This document shows positions 31,643-42,829 of a stretch of DNA of 64,000 bases, piece after piece. The notes beneath the pieces were generated by a model, which did not search any database, was not told where the DNA came from, and saw only the letters and a program-made list of their open reading frames with translations. This DNA comes from Acidobacteriota bacterium (GTDB taxonomy: Bacteria; Acidobacteriota; UBA6911). Within the stretch, counting starts at the first letter, position 1. Each line of letters starts with the position of its first letter. The position numbers were made by a program, and so were the translations under genes. The stretch spans positions 3,360,001 to 3,424,000 of the forward strand of contig OY761556.1 of NCBI GenBank assembly GCA_963664705.1, in the 5' to 3' direction.

Positions 31643-33013
31643 TTAGCGTTGGACGTGAGGCGCTGAACCGGCGAAGGGCCATTCATGGCGGAGCTTTGAT
31701 CGAATCAGGAAGACTGCGGATCCCACCGCCAGAACGACGACGGCAAATATCAGAGATTTCATGGCGGCGGTCGACAGAATATACAACCACCCCAGAATAG
31801 AAATTATCCCGGGCACGGGATACAGCCACATTCGGAAGGGCCGATTCATTTCAGGGGCACGAAACCGAAGCACAAACAAACCGATGGCCTGCGGCAGATA
31901 CTGTATCAGCACACGAGTCGCCACGAGGCTGCCGATAACATCCGGCAGTTTGCCGAGGCTGAACACCGAGGCAATGAGTCCAAGGATCACAAGCGAAACG
32001 TTCGGAAAATTTTTGGTTGGATGCAGTCGGCCAAAGATGCGGAAGAAATTTCCATCCACCGCAGCTGCATAGGGGATTCTCGAGTAGCCCAGAAGAAGCG
32101 AAAACACAGACGAAAAAGCGATCCACAACATTAGAAAGGTCATTACATGCGCGGCAGTACTCCCCTGCAGCTTTTCGATATACGCGGAGGCGATATAGGC
32201 GCTTTCACGAGCCTCGCGCCACGGAATAACGCTGAGGATGGAAGAACTCATCAGAATATATAAAAGGGCAACCGCAGAGATGGAGAGCAGAATCGCGCGG
32301 GGAATGACCTTCTCGGGCTTCCGTATCTCTTCCCCCAGATAGCAGACATTGTAGTAGCCGAAGTAATCATAAAGCGCGTACAGCGTGGCATGGCCCAAGC
32401 CCGCCCAGAATACCCAGTTGATATTGAAGGCGTCCGGAGGGTAATCGGTCAAACGGTCAATATTGATGTGCGGCAATCCAACCGCCACAATCCAGAAGCA
32501 TCCCGCAAGTACTCCCGCAAGCAGTATCACCGAGAGCTTTCCCAGCTCTCGTATGCCGCGATAGAGAAGGCAGACCAAAAGGATCGGGATGCATGCAGCC
32601 AAAATTCTCACACTCAAAGGCGAAAGCTGCGGCATGATAAATCGGCAGTAGTTGGCAAACCCGATACTTCCGCTGGCCACCGACAAAGGCGCCGAAAAGA
32701 TGATCTGCCAGACAATCAGGAACGAAAACCAGCGCCCCATTCCCCTGGGCCCATAGGCTTCGCGCAGATAGTAATAGCTTCCGCCGGCCTTCGGCATTGC
32801 CGCACCCAGCTCACACCAGACAAGCCCATCGCAGAATGCCAGCAGCGCACCGACAAACCACCCAATCATGGCCTGTGGTCCGCCCATGGTAGACAGGAAC
32901 AGGGGAATCGTAATAAACGGCCCTATTCCGATCATGTCGGTAATAGCTAAAGCGGATGCCTGCAATAACCCAAGATCTCTTCGCAGGCCGGTCTTTTCTG
33001 TCTGAAGAGTCAT
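31643..33013 (-). CDS. APC family amino acid permease
   Basis: MIGIGPFI, ELGAAMP.AGG.Y, EEI..P...IPR and RPFR motifs; about 12 TM segments. Confidence 0.9.
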   Translation of the reverse strand: MTLQTEKTGLRRDLGLLQASALAITDMIGIGPFITIPLFLSTMGGPQAMIGWFVGALLAFCDGLVWCELGAAMPKAGGSYYYLREAYGPRGMGRWFSFLIVWQIIFSAPLSVASGSIGFANYCRFIMPQLSPLSVRILAACIPILLVCLLYRGIRELGKLSVILLAGVLAGCFWIVAVGLPHINIDRLTDYPPDAFNINWVFWAGLGHATLYALYDYFGYYNVCYLGEEIRKPEKVIPRAILLSISAVALLYILMSSSILSVIPWREARESAYIASAYIEKLQGSTAAHVMTFLMLWIAFSSVFSLLLGYSRIPYAAAVDGNFFRIFGRLHPTKNFPNVSLVILGLIASVFSLGKLPDVIGSLVATRVLIQYLPQAIGLFVLRFRAPEMNRPFRMWLYPVPGIISILGWLYILSTAAMKSLIFAVVVLAVGSAVFLIRSKLRHEWPFAGSAPHVQR

Positions 33014-33603
33014 TTGGCAGCTCTTTTCCGAAATCGCCAGATCAACCAGAAGACTATGACTATAACAGCACCCCAGGCAGCAATATCGAGATGGTGCTGC
33101 ACCTGCTTCAGCACATGGGACCACTCATCTCCAAAAAAATACCCAAGGCTGATAAAGGTTGTTATCCAGAGTAAAGCGCCTGAATAGGCAAATAAAGCAA
33201 AATGCAGGGGGCTCAGCTCGGAACTGCCGGCGACAACAGCCGTAAAATGGCGGACTCCCGGGATAAAGTAGCCCGCCACCAGGGTCCACGTCCCGAATCG
33301 ATCAAACCATGCATGCACCTTATCGATCTGGGCCTGCGTGATATGAAAGAACCTGCCATAATGATGCAGGACATACAGTCCGAGGCTTCGTCCGAGGATG
33401 TAACTAATGGTTATGCCGCATACGCTCCCGAAAAATGCGGACAGATACGTGGGAAATAACGACAGATTCTTCTTATAGACAAGATACCCGGCAAAGGTCA
33501 GAAGCGATTCATCCGGAACCGGAAGCCCGACGATCCCCAAAACCAGAAGCAAAAAAATGGCCGTGTATCCATACTGCGAAACCCAATGCGCAATCGTTTC
33601 CAT
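33010..33603 (-). CDS. DedA family membrane protein
   Basis: GLPVPDE, WF.RFG and FIPGVRH motifs. Confidence 0.92.
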   Translation of the reverse strand: METIAHWVSQYGYTAIFLLLVLGIVGLPVPDESLLTFAGYLVYKKNLSLFPTYLSAFFGSVCGITISYILGRSLGLYVLHHYGRFFHITQAQIDKVHAWFDRFGTWTLVAGYFIPGVRHFTAVVAGSSELSPLHFALFAYSGALLWITTFISLGYFFGDEWSHVLKQVQHHLDIAAWGAVIVIVFWLIWRFRKRAAK

Positions 33604-33727
33604 GCGAATCTCAAAATATCATAGGCGATCCTTCAACCTGAATCACAAATTCCATTTCCCAACAGCTCTTTGCGGTTAGGAACCGCATTGATCGGCAGTA
33701 TGATGGTTGGTATCGATGAGGTCCGAT

Positions 33728-35110
33728 ATGAGCGCAAAAGTCATTCATTCGATCAACCCTGCGACAGAAGAAATCATGAGGTCCTACGAGCCGCATTCCG
33801 GCCCTGAGATCGAAAGAAAACTTCAGGCAACCCACAAAACCGCCTTCGCATGGAGATCGAAGCCCTATGCCGAACGGAGTGCTCTGCTGAAAAATGCCGC
33901 CTCCGTATTGCGAAAAAATAAAACCGGACTCGCGGAAATCATGACGGCGGAAATGGGCAAGCCCATCGTACAGTCGGAGGCGGAGATTGAAAAATGCGCA
34001 TTCAATTGTGATTATTACGCCGAAAACGCGGAACGATTCCTCAAGGACGAGCCTCGCAGCTCAAACGCATCGGAAAGCTATATCCAATACACTCCGCTTG
34101 GAGTCATCCTTGCGATCATGCCATGGAATTTCCCCTTCTGGCAGGTATTCCGCTTTGCGGCTCCGGCGCTGATGGCGGGGAACGGTGCTGTTTTAAAGCA
34201 TGCCTCCAACGTCCCTCAATGCGCGCTGGCGATCGAACAGGTATTTCGGGAAGCGGGATTCCCGGATGGGCTTTTTCAGACGGTCCTGGTTGGGAGCGCG
34301 GAAGTCGCCGGTTTGATTGAGCACCCGGCAATTTCGGCCGTCACGCTCACCGGGAGTGAGGGAGCAGGGCAGCAGATCGCGTCGTGCGCGGGGCGCGCGC
34401 TGAAAAAGACGGTAATGGAACTGGGCGGCTCGGACCCTTTCATTGTGCTTGAGGATGCCAATCTTGATGAGGCATTGCGGATCGGATTGTGGGCACGAAC
34501 GCAGAATGCCGGTCAGAGCTGTATCGCCGCCAAACGATTTATCGTTGTCGATCGTGTATTTCAGGAATATCAAGACCGTTTCGTTGAAGCCATGCGTAGC
34601 CTGAAGATTGGAAACCCTATGGACCGAGCTACCCAAATAGGACCGCTGGCACGCGATGAATTCCGCGATGATCTGGATCGTCAGATCGAGGGAGCCGTTC
34701 GAATGGGAGCCACCGTGCTCGCCGGCGGCGCACGACGGACGGGGACCGGCTATTATTATGAATCAACCGTCTTGACCGGGGTGACACCGGACATGCCGGC
34801 AGGACGCGAGGAGCTGTTTGGTCCGGTGGCTGCCATGATGAGGGCACGGGATGAGGAAGACGCAATCCGGATTGCCAATGATACTCCCTACGGTCTGGGT
34901 TCCAGTCTCTGGAGTTCGGATATTGACCGGGCCAGGATGCTTGCACGACGTATTGAGGCAGGACAGGTATTTATAAACGGCATGGTAGCGTCCGATCCCC
35001 GGCTACCCTTCGGCGGAATCAAGCGATCGGGCTATGGGCGGGAACTATCTGAATTGGGGATACGGGAGTTTGTAAATATCCAAACCGTCTGGATTGGTCC
35101 ATCAAAATAG
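33728..35110 (+). CDS. NAD(P)-dependent succinate-semialdehyde dehydrogenase (Sad/GabD1-like ALDH)
   Basis: MPWNFP, LTGSE, ELGGSDP, GQSCIA, EELFGP and PFGG.K.SG.GRE motifs. Confidence 0.9.
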   Translation: MSAKVIHSINPATEEIMRSYEPHSGPEIERKLQATHKTAFAWRSKPYAERSALLKNAASVLRKNKTGLAEIMTAEMGKPIVQSEAEIEKCAFNCDYYAENAERFLKDEPRSSNASESYIQYTPLGVILAIMPWNFPFWQVFRFAAPALMAGNGAVLKHASNVPQCALAIEQVFREAGFPDGLFQTVLVGSAEVAGLIEHPAISAVTLTGSEGAGQQIASCAGRALKKTVMELGGSDPFIVLEDANLDEALRIGLWARTQNAGQSCIAAKRFIVVDRVFQEYQDRFVEAMRSLKIGNPMDRATQIGPLARDEFRDDLDRQIEGAVRMGATVLAGGARRTGTGYYYESTVLTGVTPDMPAGREELFGPVAAMMRARDEEDAIRIANDTPYGLGSSLWSSDIDRARMLARRIEAGQVFINGMVASDPRLPFGGIKRSGYGRELSELGIREFVNIQTVWIGPSK

Positions 35111-35220
35111 AATATTTGAATTGCCAGGCTTTCCGGAATTCCAATTATTCGGAATCCGAAACCCTGGTCGACACTCGCCTGCGCTTTCGGTGAGGCCATC
35201 GGACAAGAAACAAACGCGGG

Positions 35221-35256
35221 TCGAAGGCTCAAAGAGGCAAATCCTTGAGCCTTCGA
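35221..35256. terminator. Hairpin between convergent genes
   Basis: TCGAAGGCTCAA...TTGAGCCTTCGA. Confidence 0.6.
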
Positions 35257-35267
35257 TGCGAAGCGAC

Positions 35268-36383
35268 TTAATTCAACGGCTGGCCGGCGGGAATCAGTAT
35301 TTCCACTTTCGCTTGATCGCGCAGCTGGTTTACCAGCTTCGTCAGCTCCTCCTGCCCTTTCTGGTCCTTAAGAAAAGCGGTGAGCTGATCCTTGACTTCG
35401 TCCAGCGTAGACAGACCTTCCTTCTTTTTGTCCGTAACTTTGATGATGTGATAGCCAAAGCTGCTCTTTACAAGTTTTACCGAGCCGACGGGCATCGAGA
35501 AGATTGCGTTCGCATATTCCGGCGCAAGGCTGTCCTTTGTGTTGAACCCGATGTCCCCCCCCTGGGACGCAGAGCTATCCACAGAATTTTCCCGCGCAAG
35601 CTTGGCAAAATCCTCCCCCTTATTTACTCGAGCCAGGATGGATTCCGCCCGTTGTTTGGCCAGGTTATCCTGTTCAGGAGTATCTCCGGCCGGTCGGATC
35701 AGGATATGGCTGGAACGAACAATATCCGGGTGCTGGAAATCGGAAGGGTGCGCGGCATAGTATTTTCCAGCTTCATCCGGCGTGACCGCGACTTTCTTGG
35801 TCACGTTTTCCTCAATAAATTTGGAGATGGCCACGGTCTGTGCAACCTGTTTTTGCAGCGCCGCCCGATCCATTTGCTGACTTGCCAGCGCCGCATTCAT
35901 TTCCGCATCGCTCTGGAAGTTTTTGCTGATTTTCTGCATCTCGGCCTGGATTTCGAGATCTGTTGCCTTTACTCCACTGGCAACGGCCTTCTGATACAAC
36001 AGCTTGGTGCTGATCAGCGAGGTAAGAGCCTCCAAGGTGAGCTGACCACGGTAATCCTCCCGCAGGTTTTTCCACTCCGGGCTTCCAATCCGCGCCAATT
36101 CTCCTCGAACCAGTTGTTCCAGGTCCCGGCCCAACACGGCCTTCCCGTTGACCTTGGCTACCACGGCGGGGAAGAGCGCATTTGCACCGGCTGGAGGAAC
36201 GGCTTCATCCTCAGCCTCCTTGGCGACTTCTTTGGGCGCTTCTTTCGAAGCCTCCTTCGGCTGCGCTTTTGCCGCCGGTTCCGCAGAAGCGGCCGGTTTT
36301 GGTTTTGCGGCGGTTTGGGAATAACAGATTCCGGCAGAAGCCAGGAATAGGGTTGCGATGGCAAATCGAATCAGGGACTTCAC
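35268..36383 (-). CDS. Parvulin-type peptidyl-prolyl isomerase (PrsA/SurA-like foldase)
   Basis: Signal peptide, VAKVNG, SHILI, F..LA.E.S.D..A..GGDIG and S.FGYHII motifs. Confidence 0.9.
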   Translation of the reverse strand: MKSLIRFAIATLFLASAGICYSQTAAKPKPAASAEPAAKAQPKEASKEAPKEVAKEAEDEAVPPAGANALFPAVVAKVNGKAVLGRDLEQLVRGELARIGSPEWKNLREDYRGQLTLEALTSLISTKLLYQKAVASGVKATDLEIQAEMQKISKNFQSDAEMNAALASQQMDRAALQKQVAQTVAISKFIEENVTKKVAVTPDEAGKYYAAHPSDFQHPDIVRSSHILIRPAGDTPEQDNLAKQRAESILARVNKGEDFAKLARENSVDSSASQGGDIGFNTKDSLAPEYANAIFSMPVGSVKLVKSSFGYHIIKVTDKKKEGLSTLDEVKDQLTAFLKDQKGQEELTKLVNQLRDQAKVEILIPAGQPLN

Positions 36384-36529
36384 GATTATGAAATTCTCCT
36401 TTTATAGGGGTGTAAGGGCATAAGCTTATCATGTTGGCCCATTTTGCAGGTATATCATTTTATCATGCGGCCACGACAGTCCAACGCCAGTCCGATACGG
36501 ATTCGGAGCCGTTTGGCTATATAGCCGCC

Positions 36530-37609
36530 TTAATCCTGCCGGTTCAAAACGCAGCCGAAATGCCCTTCGATCATCCTTTCTCCGCAGCCATTACAGGATC
36601 TGCAGAGCGAGCCGGTCACTTCCATTCTTCGGTATTTTGCTATGACATGCGGATCCTGAATAAAAGGCCGACAAAGAGAAACCGCATCCGCCACGTTCTG
36701 ATTCAGAACGGCCTGCATGTCGGCAAACTCCCGCATCCCTCCCACGAGAATCAGAGGTTTTTCCAGGATTGGCCGTGCCTGGCGACATTCCTCCAGATAA
36801 TAAGGATGCCGGGCATCCTTCCGGATATGGTGTCCCCATTTTTCCTCGATTCCTTCACTTACCTCGATAGCATCCACTCCATCTTTCTCAAGGAGCTTTG
36901 CCACGGCAAGTCCCTCGGCCAGCGTTTTGCCCTGAGGGTGATAATCCTTCAACCCAAGCTTGAGCAAAAGTGGGAAATCCGGTCCGGTCGCCTGGCGAAT
37001 ACCCCGGCATATCGTCCGCAGGAAACGGGCACGGTTTTCCGGGGACCCGCCCCATTCATCCTCCCGCTGATTCATGACGGGCGATAGAAATGCACTGAGA
37101 AACCAGCCATGGGCGGCATGAAGCTGAACGGCATCGAATCCTGCTTCCGCGATGCGGCGGGCAGCCTGTATATAGGCATCAATCATTCCATGGATCTCGT
37201 CTACGCCCAGTTCACGAACCCTGGCACCAGACTCCGGATCCACCACCGCCGACGGTCCCACCGCCGGAACGCCGGTCACCGCCTCCCGGCTTCTGAATCC
37301 GCAATGCAGGATCTGTCCGGCAATGAGGGCTCCATTCGCATGCACGGCTTGTACAAGCTTTTGCAGCGAGGGGATATCTTCATCCGTTTCCACGCTCAAC
37401 TGGCCCTCGGTCCCCATGCCATCACGAGTGGGAAACAGCCCCCCGGAAATAATGAGGCCTATCTCGCCTTGGCTCAACGTATCGTAGAGCTTTATTTGGG
37501 CCTCACTGACACTTCCGTTCCGGCCAAGATTATCAAACGTTGCAGAACGGACAAATCGGTTTGGGATCTGAAGCTGGTTGATTTCCATCGGATCAAACAA
37601 ACTCGGCAT
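36530..37609 (-). CDS. NADH:flavin oxidoreductase (Old Yellow Enzyme family)
   Basis: NRFVRSAT, GFDAVQLHAAHG, FLSP..N.R.D.WGGS.ENR motifs; C-terminal CxxCxxC...C. Confidence 0.9.
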   Translation of the reverse strand: MPSLFDPMEINQLQIPNRFVRSATFDNLGRNGSVSEAQIKLYDTLSQGEIGLIISGGLFPTRDGMGTEGQLSVETDEDIPSLQKLVQAVHANGALIAGQILHCGFRSREAVTGVPAVGPSAVVDPESGARVRELGVDEIHGMIDAYIQAARRIAEAGFDAVQLHAAHGWFLSAFLSPVMNQREDEWGGSPENRARFLRTICRGIRQATGPDFPLLLKLGLKDYHPQGKTLAEGLAVAKLLEKDGVDAIEVSEGIEEKWGHHIRKDARHPYYLEECRQARPILEKPLILVGGMREFADMQAVLNQNVADAVSLCRPFIQDPHVIAKYRRMEVTGSLCRSCNGCGERMIEGHFGCVLNRQD

Positions 37610-37907
37610 CTCGGATCTCCTGAAAGAGGCATTGCGCGAAATCGCCGGCCGACTGCATATCGGGCCGACTCGGGGACACCCATGGTTTCCGGTTGAGGAT
37701 ATATTGTCTTTGCCGAAAATGAAACGAATCATCTTCTCTTCTGAAAACTTTCCAAACATTTTGTTGATTTTCGGCATGGATTTTGGAAAGGTTATTCACC
37801 CCAAGATAAAAACGTCATACGCTTTGAATGAGAACGGCCCGGATTCAGGGGAAATCCGGCCAATATCTTCGGTATCAAATCTATTTGATGGTTCATTGTA
37901 GGGTCCT

Positions 37908-38480
37908 ATGGAAAGTCAGATTCGAGGCAACTTGGGGTGGATCGAGGTCATCTGCGGAAGTATGTTCAGCGGAAAAAGCGAGGAACTGATCCGCCGTTTG
38001 AGACGGGCGCAAATTGCCCGCCAGCGCGTCCAGATTTTTAAGCCTAAAATCGACGCGCGGTACTCTGAAAACCACATCGTCTCACACAGCGAGCAAAAAA
38101 TTGCCTCGCTGCCGGTAAGCAGTTCCAGGGAAGTCATGGATCTGATCGATATCCGAACCGAAGTCATCGGAATCGATGAGGCACAATTTTTCGACAAGGA
38201 CATTGTTCAGGTTTGCAGCCGGCTCGCAGACATGGGCAAGCGAGTTATTGTCGCAGGCCTGGATCAGGATTACCTGGGCCGTCCCTTTGAGCCCATGCCC
38301 CAACTGCTGGCCATTGCGGAATATATTACGAAAACTCTGGCTATCTGCGTGCGTTGTGGAAATCCTGCGAACCGAACTCAGCGACTGATCCAAAGCGATG
38401 AACGTGTCGTTGTCGGTGCAGCCGACATCTACGAGGCACGCTGTCGACGGTGCTTCGAACCGCACCCGCCTGAATCATAA
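37908..38480 (+). CDS. tdk: Thymidine kinase
   Basis: [21 protein letters not shown], zinc motif and YEARCRRC. Confidence 0.96.
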   Translation: MESQIRGNLGWIEVICGSMFSGKSEELIRRLRRAQIARQRVQIFKPKIDARYSENHIVSHSEQKIASLPVSSSREVMDLIDIRTEVIGIDEAQFFDKDIVQVCSRLADMGKRVIVAGLDQDYLGRPFEPMPQLLAIAEYITKTLAICVRCGNPANRTQRLIQSDERVVVGAADIYEARCRRCFEPHPPES

Positions 38481-38596
38481 ACTGACAGTTCGCGATTTTA
38501 CTTGGGCGAGTTCCCGCGGCTGGAGTCCAGGTATGGAACCGGGAGCCTTTTGCCCGGCGGCACAGAATAACATCAGTCTTTTCTACGGGAGTAGCG

Positions 38597-40039
38597 GTGA
38601 GCTTCAATTGGCTGGACTGGCTTGTTGTTGTCGCGTACCTGGTAGCGATCACACTCTTTGGCGTCCATTTCCGGAAGCAGCAGCAATCGATGCGCACCTA
38701 TTTTTTGGGCGGCAAGAACGTGCCGGCCTGGGCGCTCGCGCTTTCCATCGTTGCAACGGAAACGAGCACGCTTACCATCATTGGCACTCCCGCAATCGCC
38801 TATGCGGGCAACTTCACCTTCCTGCAACTGGTGATGGGATACATCGTCGGCCGCATTCTTATCTGCCTGATATTCATCCCATCCTATTTCAAAGGCGAAA
38901 TGTATACGGCCTATGAACTGATGCAGCGCCGCTTTGGACCGACTATCAAACATGCAACCGCCAGTATGTTTTTGATAACGCGTGGCATGGCTGAGGGCGT
39001 GCGGGTTCTGGCAATTGCAACGGTAGTAAGCATCGTCCTGGGCACCGGAGATATCTGGTCGATCGTCATCATTACCGCGCTCACGCTAATCTACACCTTT
39101 GAAGGCGGACTGACCGCTGTCATCTGGACCGACGTGATTCAGCTTGGAATTTACATTGGAGGCACACTGGTGGCCTTCTTCGTAATTCTTGGATTGATCC
39201 CGGGCGGGTGGAACGGCATTCTGGCCAATGCCGGGCACAAGTTTGTATTCCTGAATTTCGACACGAATTACCGTTTATCCTATACATTTTGGGCGGGCAT
39301 TATCGGAGGGGCGTTCCTTAACATTGGCAGCCATGGCGTTGATCAGCTGATTGTTCAAAGACTCCTGGCCGCCCGGAATGAGCGCGACAGCAAGGTATCG
39401 CTCATTTCGAGCGGATTTATCGTTTTCGTGCAATTTTTCCTGTTTCTCATAATCGGTGTCATGCTCTACAGCTTCTATCAGTACCATCCCGGAGAAGCGG
39501 TTCCGGCTTCCAATGATGCCATCTTCCCTACCTTTGTAGTCCGGCACCTGCCCCATGGGATTTCCGGCCTGATGATTGCCGCCATCCTCGCCGCTGCGAT
39601 GTCGAACCTGAGCAGTGCTTTGAATTCGCTGGCATCGACAACCGTTGTGGATTTCTATCGGCCGTTTATCAAATCCGGAGCCTCTGAATCGAAAGAGCTC
39701 AGTATCTCGAGATGGATCACCGTTGCCTGGGGCATTGTTCTTGCGTTTCTGGCGATCGTTACGCTGCTTTCGCACGGCATGAAATCCGTGCTGGAACGAG
39801 GCTTGACTATCGTTTCCATCAGCTACGGAAGCATGGTCGGCGTATTCCTCCTGGGAGTGCTTACCAGGAAAGCCAATGAGAAGGGCTCGATGATCGGGAT
39901 GGCGGCAGGCCTGATTTCAATGCTCGCTGTGTGGCATTACAGCACGATCGCATTTACCTGGTATGTTCTGATCGGAACCGCCACCACCTTCACTGTGGGC
40001 TTTGCTGCGAGCTGCCTGATCGGAAATACCAAGCATTAG
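38597..40039 (+). CDS. Sodium:solute symporter
   Basis: YFLGG, SIVATETS, GG..AVIWTD.IQ, DQ..VQR.L and AAAMS..S motifs. Confidence 0.92.
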   Translation: MSFNWLDWLVVVAYLVAITLFGVHFRKQQQSMRTYFLGGKNVPAWALALSIVATETSTLTIIGTPAIAYAGNFTFLQLVMGYIVGRILICLIFIPSYFKGEMYTAYELMQRRFGPTIKHATASMFLITRGMAEGVRVLAIATVVSIVLGTGDIWSIVIITALTLIYTFEGGLTAVIWTDVIQLGIYIGGTLVAFFVILGLIPGGWNGILANAGHKFVFLNFDTNYRLSYTFWAGIIGGAFLNIGSHGVDQLIVQRLLAARNERDSKVSLISSGFIVFVQFFLFLIIGVMLYSFYQYHPGEAVPASNDAIFPTFVVRHLPHGISGLMIAAILAAAMSNLSSALNSLASTTVVDFYRPFIKSGASESKELSISRWITVAWGIVLAFLAIVTLLSHGMKSVLERGLTIVSISYGSMVGVFLLGVLTRKANEKGSMIGMAAGLISMLAVWHYSTIAFTWYVLIGTATTFTVGFAASCLIGNTKH

Positions 40040-40117
40040 TGCCGACATTCACGATTATGGCCGGGGCCGGCTCTCGAGCTGCGGCACCCGCACCATCGCC
40101 ACCTTGAACGCGGGGGC

Positions 40118-40474
40118 TCAATTCGGAATGATGGTGCGCCGGTGCTGCCCTTCACCGATTATTTTGTCGCCTTCGGTCACGCGCACTTCAAACAACAGCT
40201 TTCGGCCATCGGCTTCGAGCACCCTGCACCATGACTTTACCTGCGATCCCAGGGCAGCCGCCGCCTTATGTTTTATGTGGACTTCGTAACCAACGGTCGT
40301 AAACCCGGGCGGAAGCAGACTCTGTACCAGGTCCTTTGCAACGCCCTCCATCAGACTGATCATCATCGGAGTAGATAAAACCGGCATTTTGGTATGGGTC
40401 ACCACCAGCGAATCGTCCACCGTCACCATCTGTTCTGAGGTCAGTCCGGGCTTGATGCTGTCAAATTCAGACAT
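40118..40474 (-). CDS. Hotdog-fold thioesterase (FlK-like)
   Basis: VLSTP.MI.LME, TVG..V...H.A and G.G.H.R motifs. Confidence 0.85.
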   Translation of the reverse strand: MSEFDSIKPGLTSEQMVTVDDSLVVTHTKMPVLSTPMMISLMEGVAKDLVQSLLPPGFTTVGYEVHIKHKAAAALGSQVKSWCRVLEADGRKLLFEVRVTEGDKIIGEGQHRRTIIPN

Positions 40475-40696
40475 AAGGTCCTTTCGCTAAATACATACAG
40501 TCGGGAGGCACGCCGCATGCCCCATCCAATGCATGCCATAGTACCTGATTCCCCTTTCAAAGCAAGTCCGGTAAAAGCAAATGGAACTATATCTGGCGGC
40601 AATTTCGAGAGTGCATCATTTGCTGCCGTCTGTGCGTGAATGAATATTTATTTTATGCTATTTTGTATCCGTATATTGGCATTTCCTCACCATTGA

Positions 40697-41539
40697 ATGG
40701 AGACAACCGAAATGCCTCTGGATGCAGGATCCTTTTTGCCGGAGCATCGAGTCCGGGCTTCTATCGAACCCGCCCATTTCGACAACAAAATCCAGGATGA
40801 TGATTATGCCCGCCACCACGGCTTTCGCGCCGGCCTTGTCTCGGGAATGTCGATGTACGCATACATGTCACGCCCCCTCGCCGAACAATTGGGACGGGAT
40901 TGGCTGGAGCGTGGCTCTGCGGAAGTCCGCTTTGTTCGGCCCGTTTACGAAGGAGAGGAAATTCGTATCGGGGGCGCCGTCACATCCATTGCCTCGGACG
41001 GCACGATGCTGATTCACTATCAGTCATCCAACAGCCAGGGAGTACTGTGCGGCATTGGGACGGCACAGCTGCCTCCAGCGCCGCCATCAGCCGAACCACG
41101 CCCGGAGGACTACCCGGCCAGTCGGGCGAAATTGCACCGCCCCATATCCCTGGAATCCCTGCACGCCGGCGACAGCCTTGTTCCGGTTTCATCCGACTTC
41201 ACCTGGAACATTCACTGGCAGTATTGTCGGAAGGCGATCAGGGATCTTCATCCGCTGTACGAAAAGATACTGCACCCGGGGTGGCTTTTAAGCCGTGGCG
41301 GCCAGATTCTGGCCGCCAACTATTCGATTCAGGCATGGATTGATGTTTCCTGCCGAGTACAGCATTTCCACGTCCAGGAAGAGGAATGCACCGTTCAGAC
41401 CCGTGGAAGGATTCAGGGCAAGTTCGAGCATAAAGGGGATCATTTCGTGGAACTGGACCTGGCGGTCTTTGCCCCGGAACGCTGCCTGGCAACCATTCAC
41501 TATACGGCTATTTTCCGCATCGCCCCCAATGCCGCTTAA
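40697..41539 (+). CDS. Double hotdog / MaoC-like protein
   Basis: NKI.DDDYA...GF..GLV.G, F.RPVY.GE and a second hotdog half HPGWL...WI.V. Confidence 0.7.
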   Translation: METTEMPLDAGSFLPEHRVRASIEPAHFDNKIQDDDYARHHGFRAGLVSGMSMYAYMSRPLAEQLGRDWLERGSAEVRFVRPVYEGEEIRIGGAVTSIASDGTMLIHYQSSNSQGVLCGIGTAQLPPAPPSAEPRPEDYPASRAKLHRPISLESLHAGDSLVPVSSDFTWNIHWQYCRKAIRDLHPLYEKILHPGWLLSRGGQILAANYSIQAWIDVSCRVQHFHVQEEECTVQTRGRIQGKFEHKGDHFVELDLAVFAPERCLATIHYTAIFRIAPNAA

Positions 41540-41638
41540 GCAGGTGTCCGGGAATTAGCGTAAAGGCTTGCGCGTGCAATGCCTGGAATTGTGGAGAGGA
41601 GTGGGCGGGAAAGCAGCCGCGATTCGGCTCACGCCATA

Positions 41639-42814
41639 TTACTGCTTGATCAGCGCGCGGGCTCCTGAACGCATCCCCTCAAGCGTCAGTTCATACATCG
41701 GGAAAACATTCCGTATGATCCGCGTGGATGGAACGGACGACCACCACTGCTGCGGCTCCGGGTTGAGCCAAATCGCTTTTCGAAAACGCTTGCGGATGTC
41801 GATCAGCCATTCGATTCCAGGGCGGTCATTGCGATACCAGTAGTCGATCGCTCCGTTCTTATTGAGCAGTTCGCTGGGCGCCATGTAGGCATCCCCTACC
41901 AGGATTACCTTGTAATCGCGTTTCGCCTGATCCAGCACGATCCTCGTAGGAATGGCTTTGTTCTGCCAGATATCGGTATACAGCTCCTGGTAAACACAAT
42001 TGTGAAAATAGTAGAACTGCAGATCCTTGACTATGTCTTTGGCGGCGGAAAAAAGCCGGCTGACCAGTTCAGCATGCGGATTCATGGTTCCGCCTGCATC
42101 CATGAGCAGCATCAGCTTGATCCTTTTCTTGCGCGCGCGGTCCCAGATGAATTCGAGTTCGCCCGCATTCCGGCAGGTAGCATCAATGGTCCCGTCAACA
42201 TCCAGTGAATCTTTTGGGCCTTCACGCACAACCTGCCGAATATAACTCAGCACGGTCTTGATGGATCGCGTATCCAGCGCCAGGTCATCGCGGTAATTCT
42301 GAAAGCTGCGCTTTTCCGCAATCTGAATGGCACTGCGATGACGGCTTTCATTCTGCCCGATCCGCACGCCGGCCGGATTGTATCCCCATGCGCCGTATGC
42401 AGAGCGTCCGCCTACACCGATGGCCCGATTCCCGCCCATATGGAGCTCATCATCCTGGTTTTGCAGCCGATCGCGAAACCGGTCCAGAACTTCATCAAAG
42501 GAGAGTTCCTCTACAACCTTCTTCTCTTCCTCTGTCAATTCAAGCGGCGGAATGCGAAGCAGCCTTTCCTCTATTTCCCGGATCAGCTCGTCATCGGACT
42601 CGATGTGGCCAAAACACTCCAGAAAGGCCTGATCGTATTTGTCGAAGTGGGCTTCAGTTTTGATGAGGATGGCGCGGGCGAGATAGTAGAAGCGCGTCAG
42701 CGAGCTGTCCGCCAGATTTTCCGAGAGCGCCTTCTGCAACAATAGCCACTCATTAAACGTAACCGGAACGTCACGATTTCTCAGTCTTTGGAAGAAGTTG
42801 ACAAACATACCCAT
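41639..42814 (-). CDS. VWA domain protein (CoxE-like MoxR partner)
   Basis: LD.D.TI.AT..NAG, MIDAS-like D.GG.M, YFHNC, VGDA.MAP.EL and WLNP motifs. Confidence 0.88.
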   Translation of the reverse strand: MGMFVNFFQRLRNRDVPVTFNEWLLLQKALSENLADSSLTRFYYLARAILIKTEAHFDKYDQAFLECFGHIESDDELIREIEERLLRIPPLELTEEEKKVVEELSFDEVLDRFRDRLQNQDDELHMGGNRAIGVGGRSAYGAWGYNPAGVRIGQNESRHRSAIQIAEKRSFQNYRDDLALDTRSIKTVLSYIRQVVREGPKDSLDVDGTIDATCRNAGELEFIWDRARKKRIKLMLLMDAGGTMNPHAELVSRLFSAAKDIVKDLQFYYFHNCVYQELYTDIWQNKAIPTRIVLDQAKRDYKVILVGDAYMAPSELLNKNGAIDYWYRNDRPGIEWLIDIRKRFRKAIWLNPEPQQWWSSVPSTRIIRNVFPMYELTLEGMRSGARALIKQ

Positions 42815-42829
42815 CGTGGATGCCCGTTC

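Noticed and set aside
35094-36350. 418-aa plus-strand ORF
   Set aside because: Antisense shadow of the PPIase gene with no motifs.
37700-37800. Inverted repeats TGCCGAAAAT/ATTTTCGGCA and CTTTCCAAA/TTTGGAAAG upstream of tdk as a riboswitch
   Set aside because: No match to any riboswitch consensus I recognise; may be promoter-region or chance structure.
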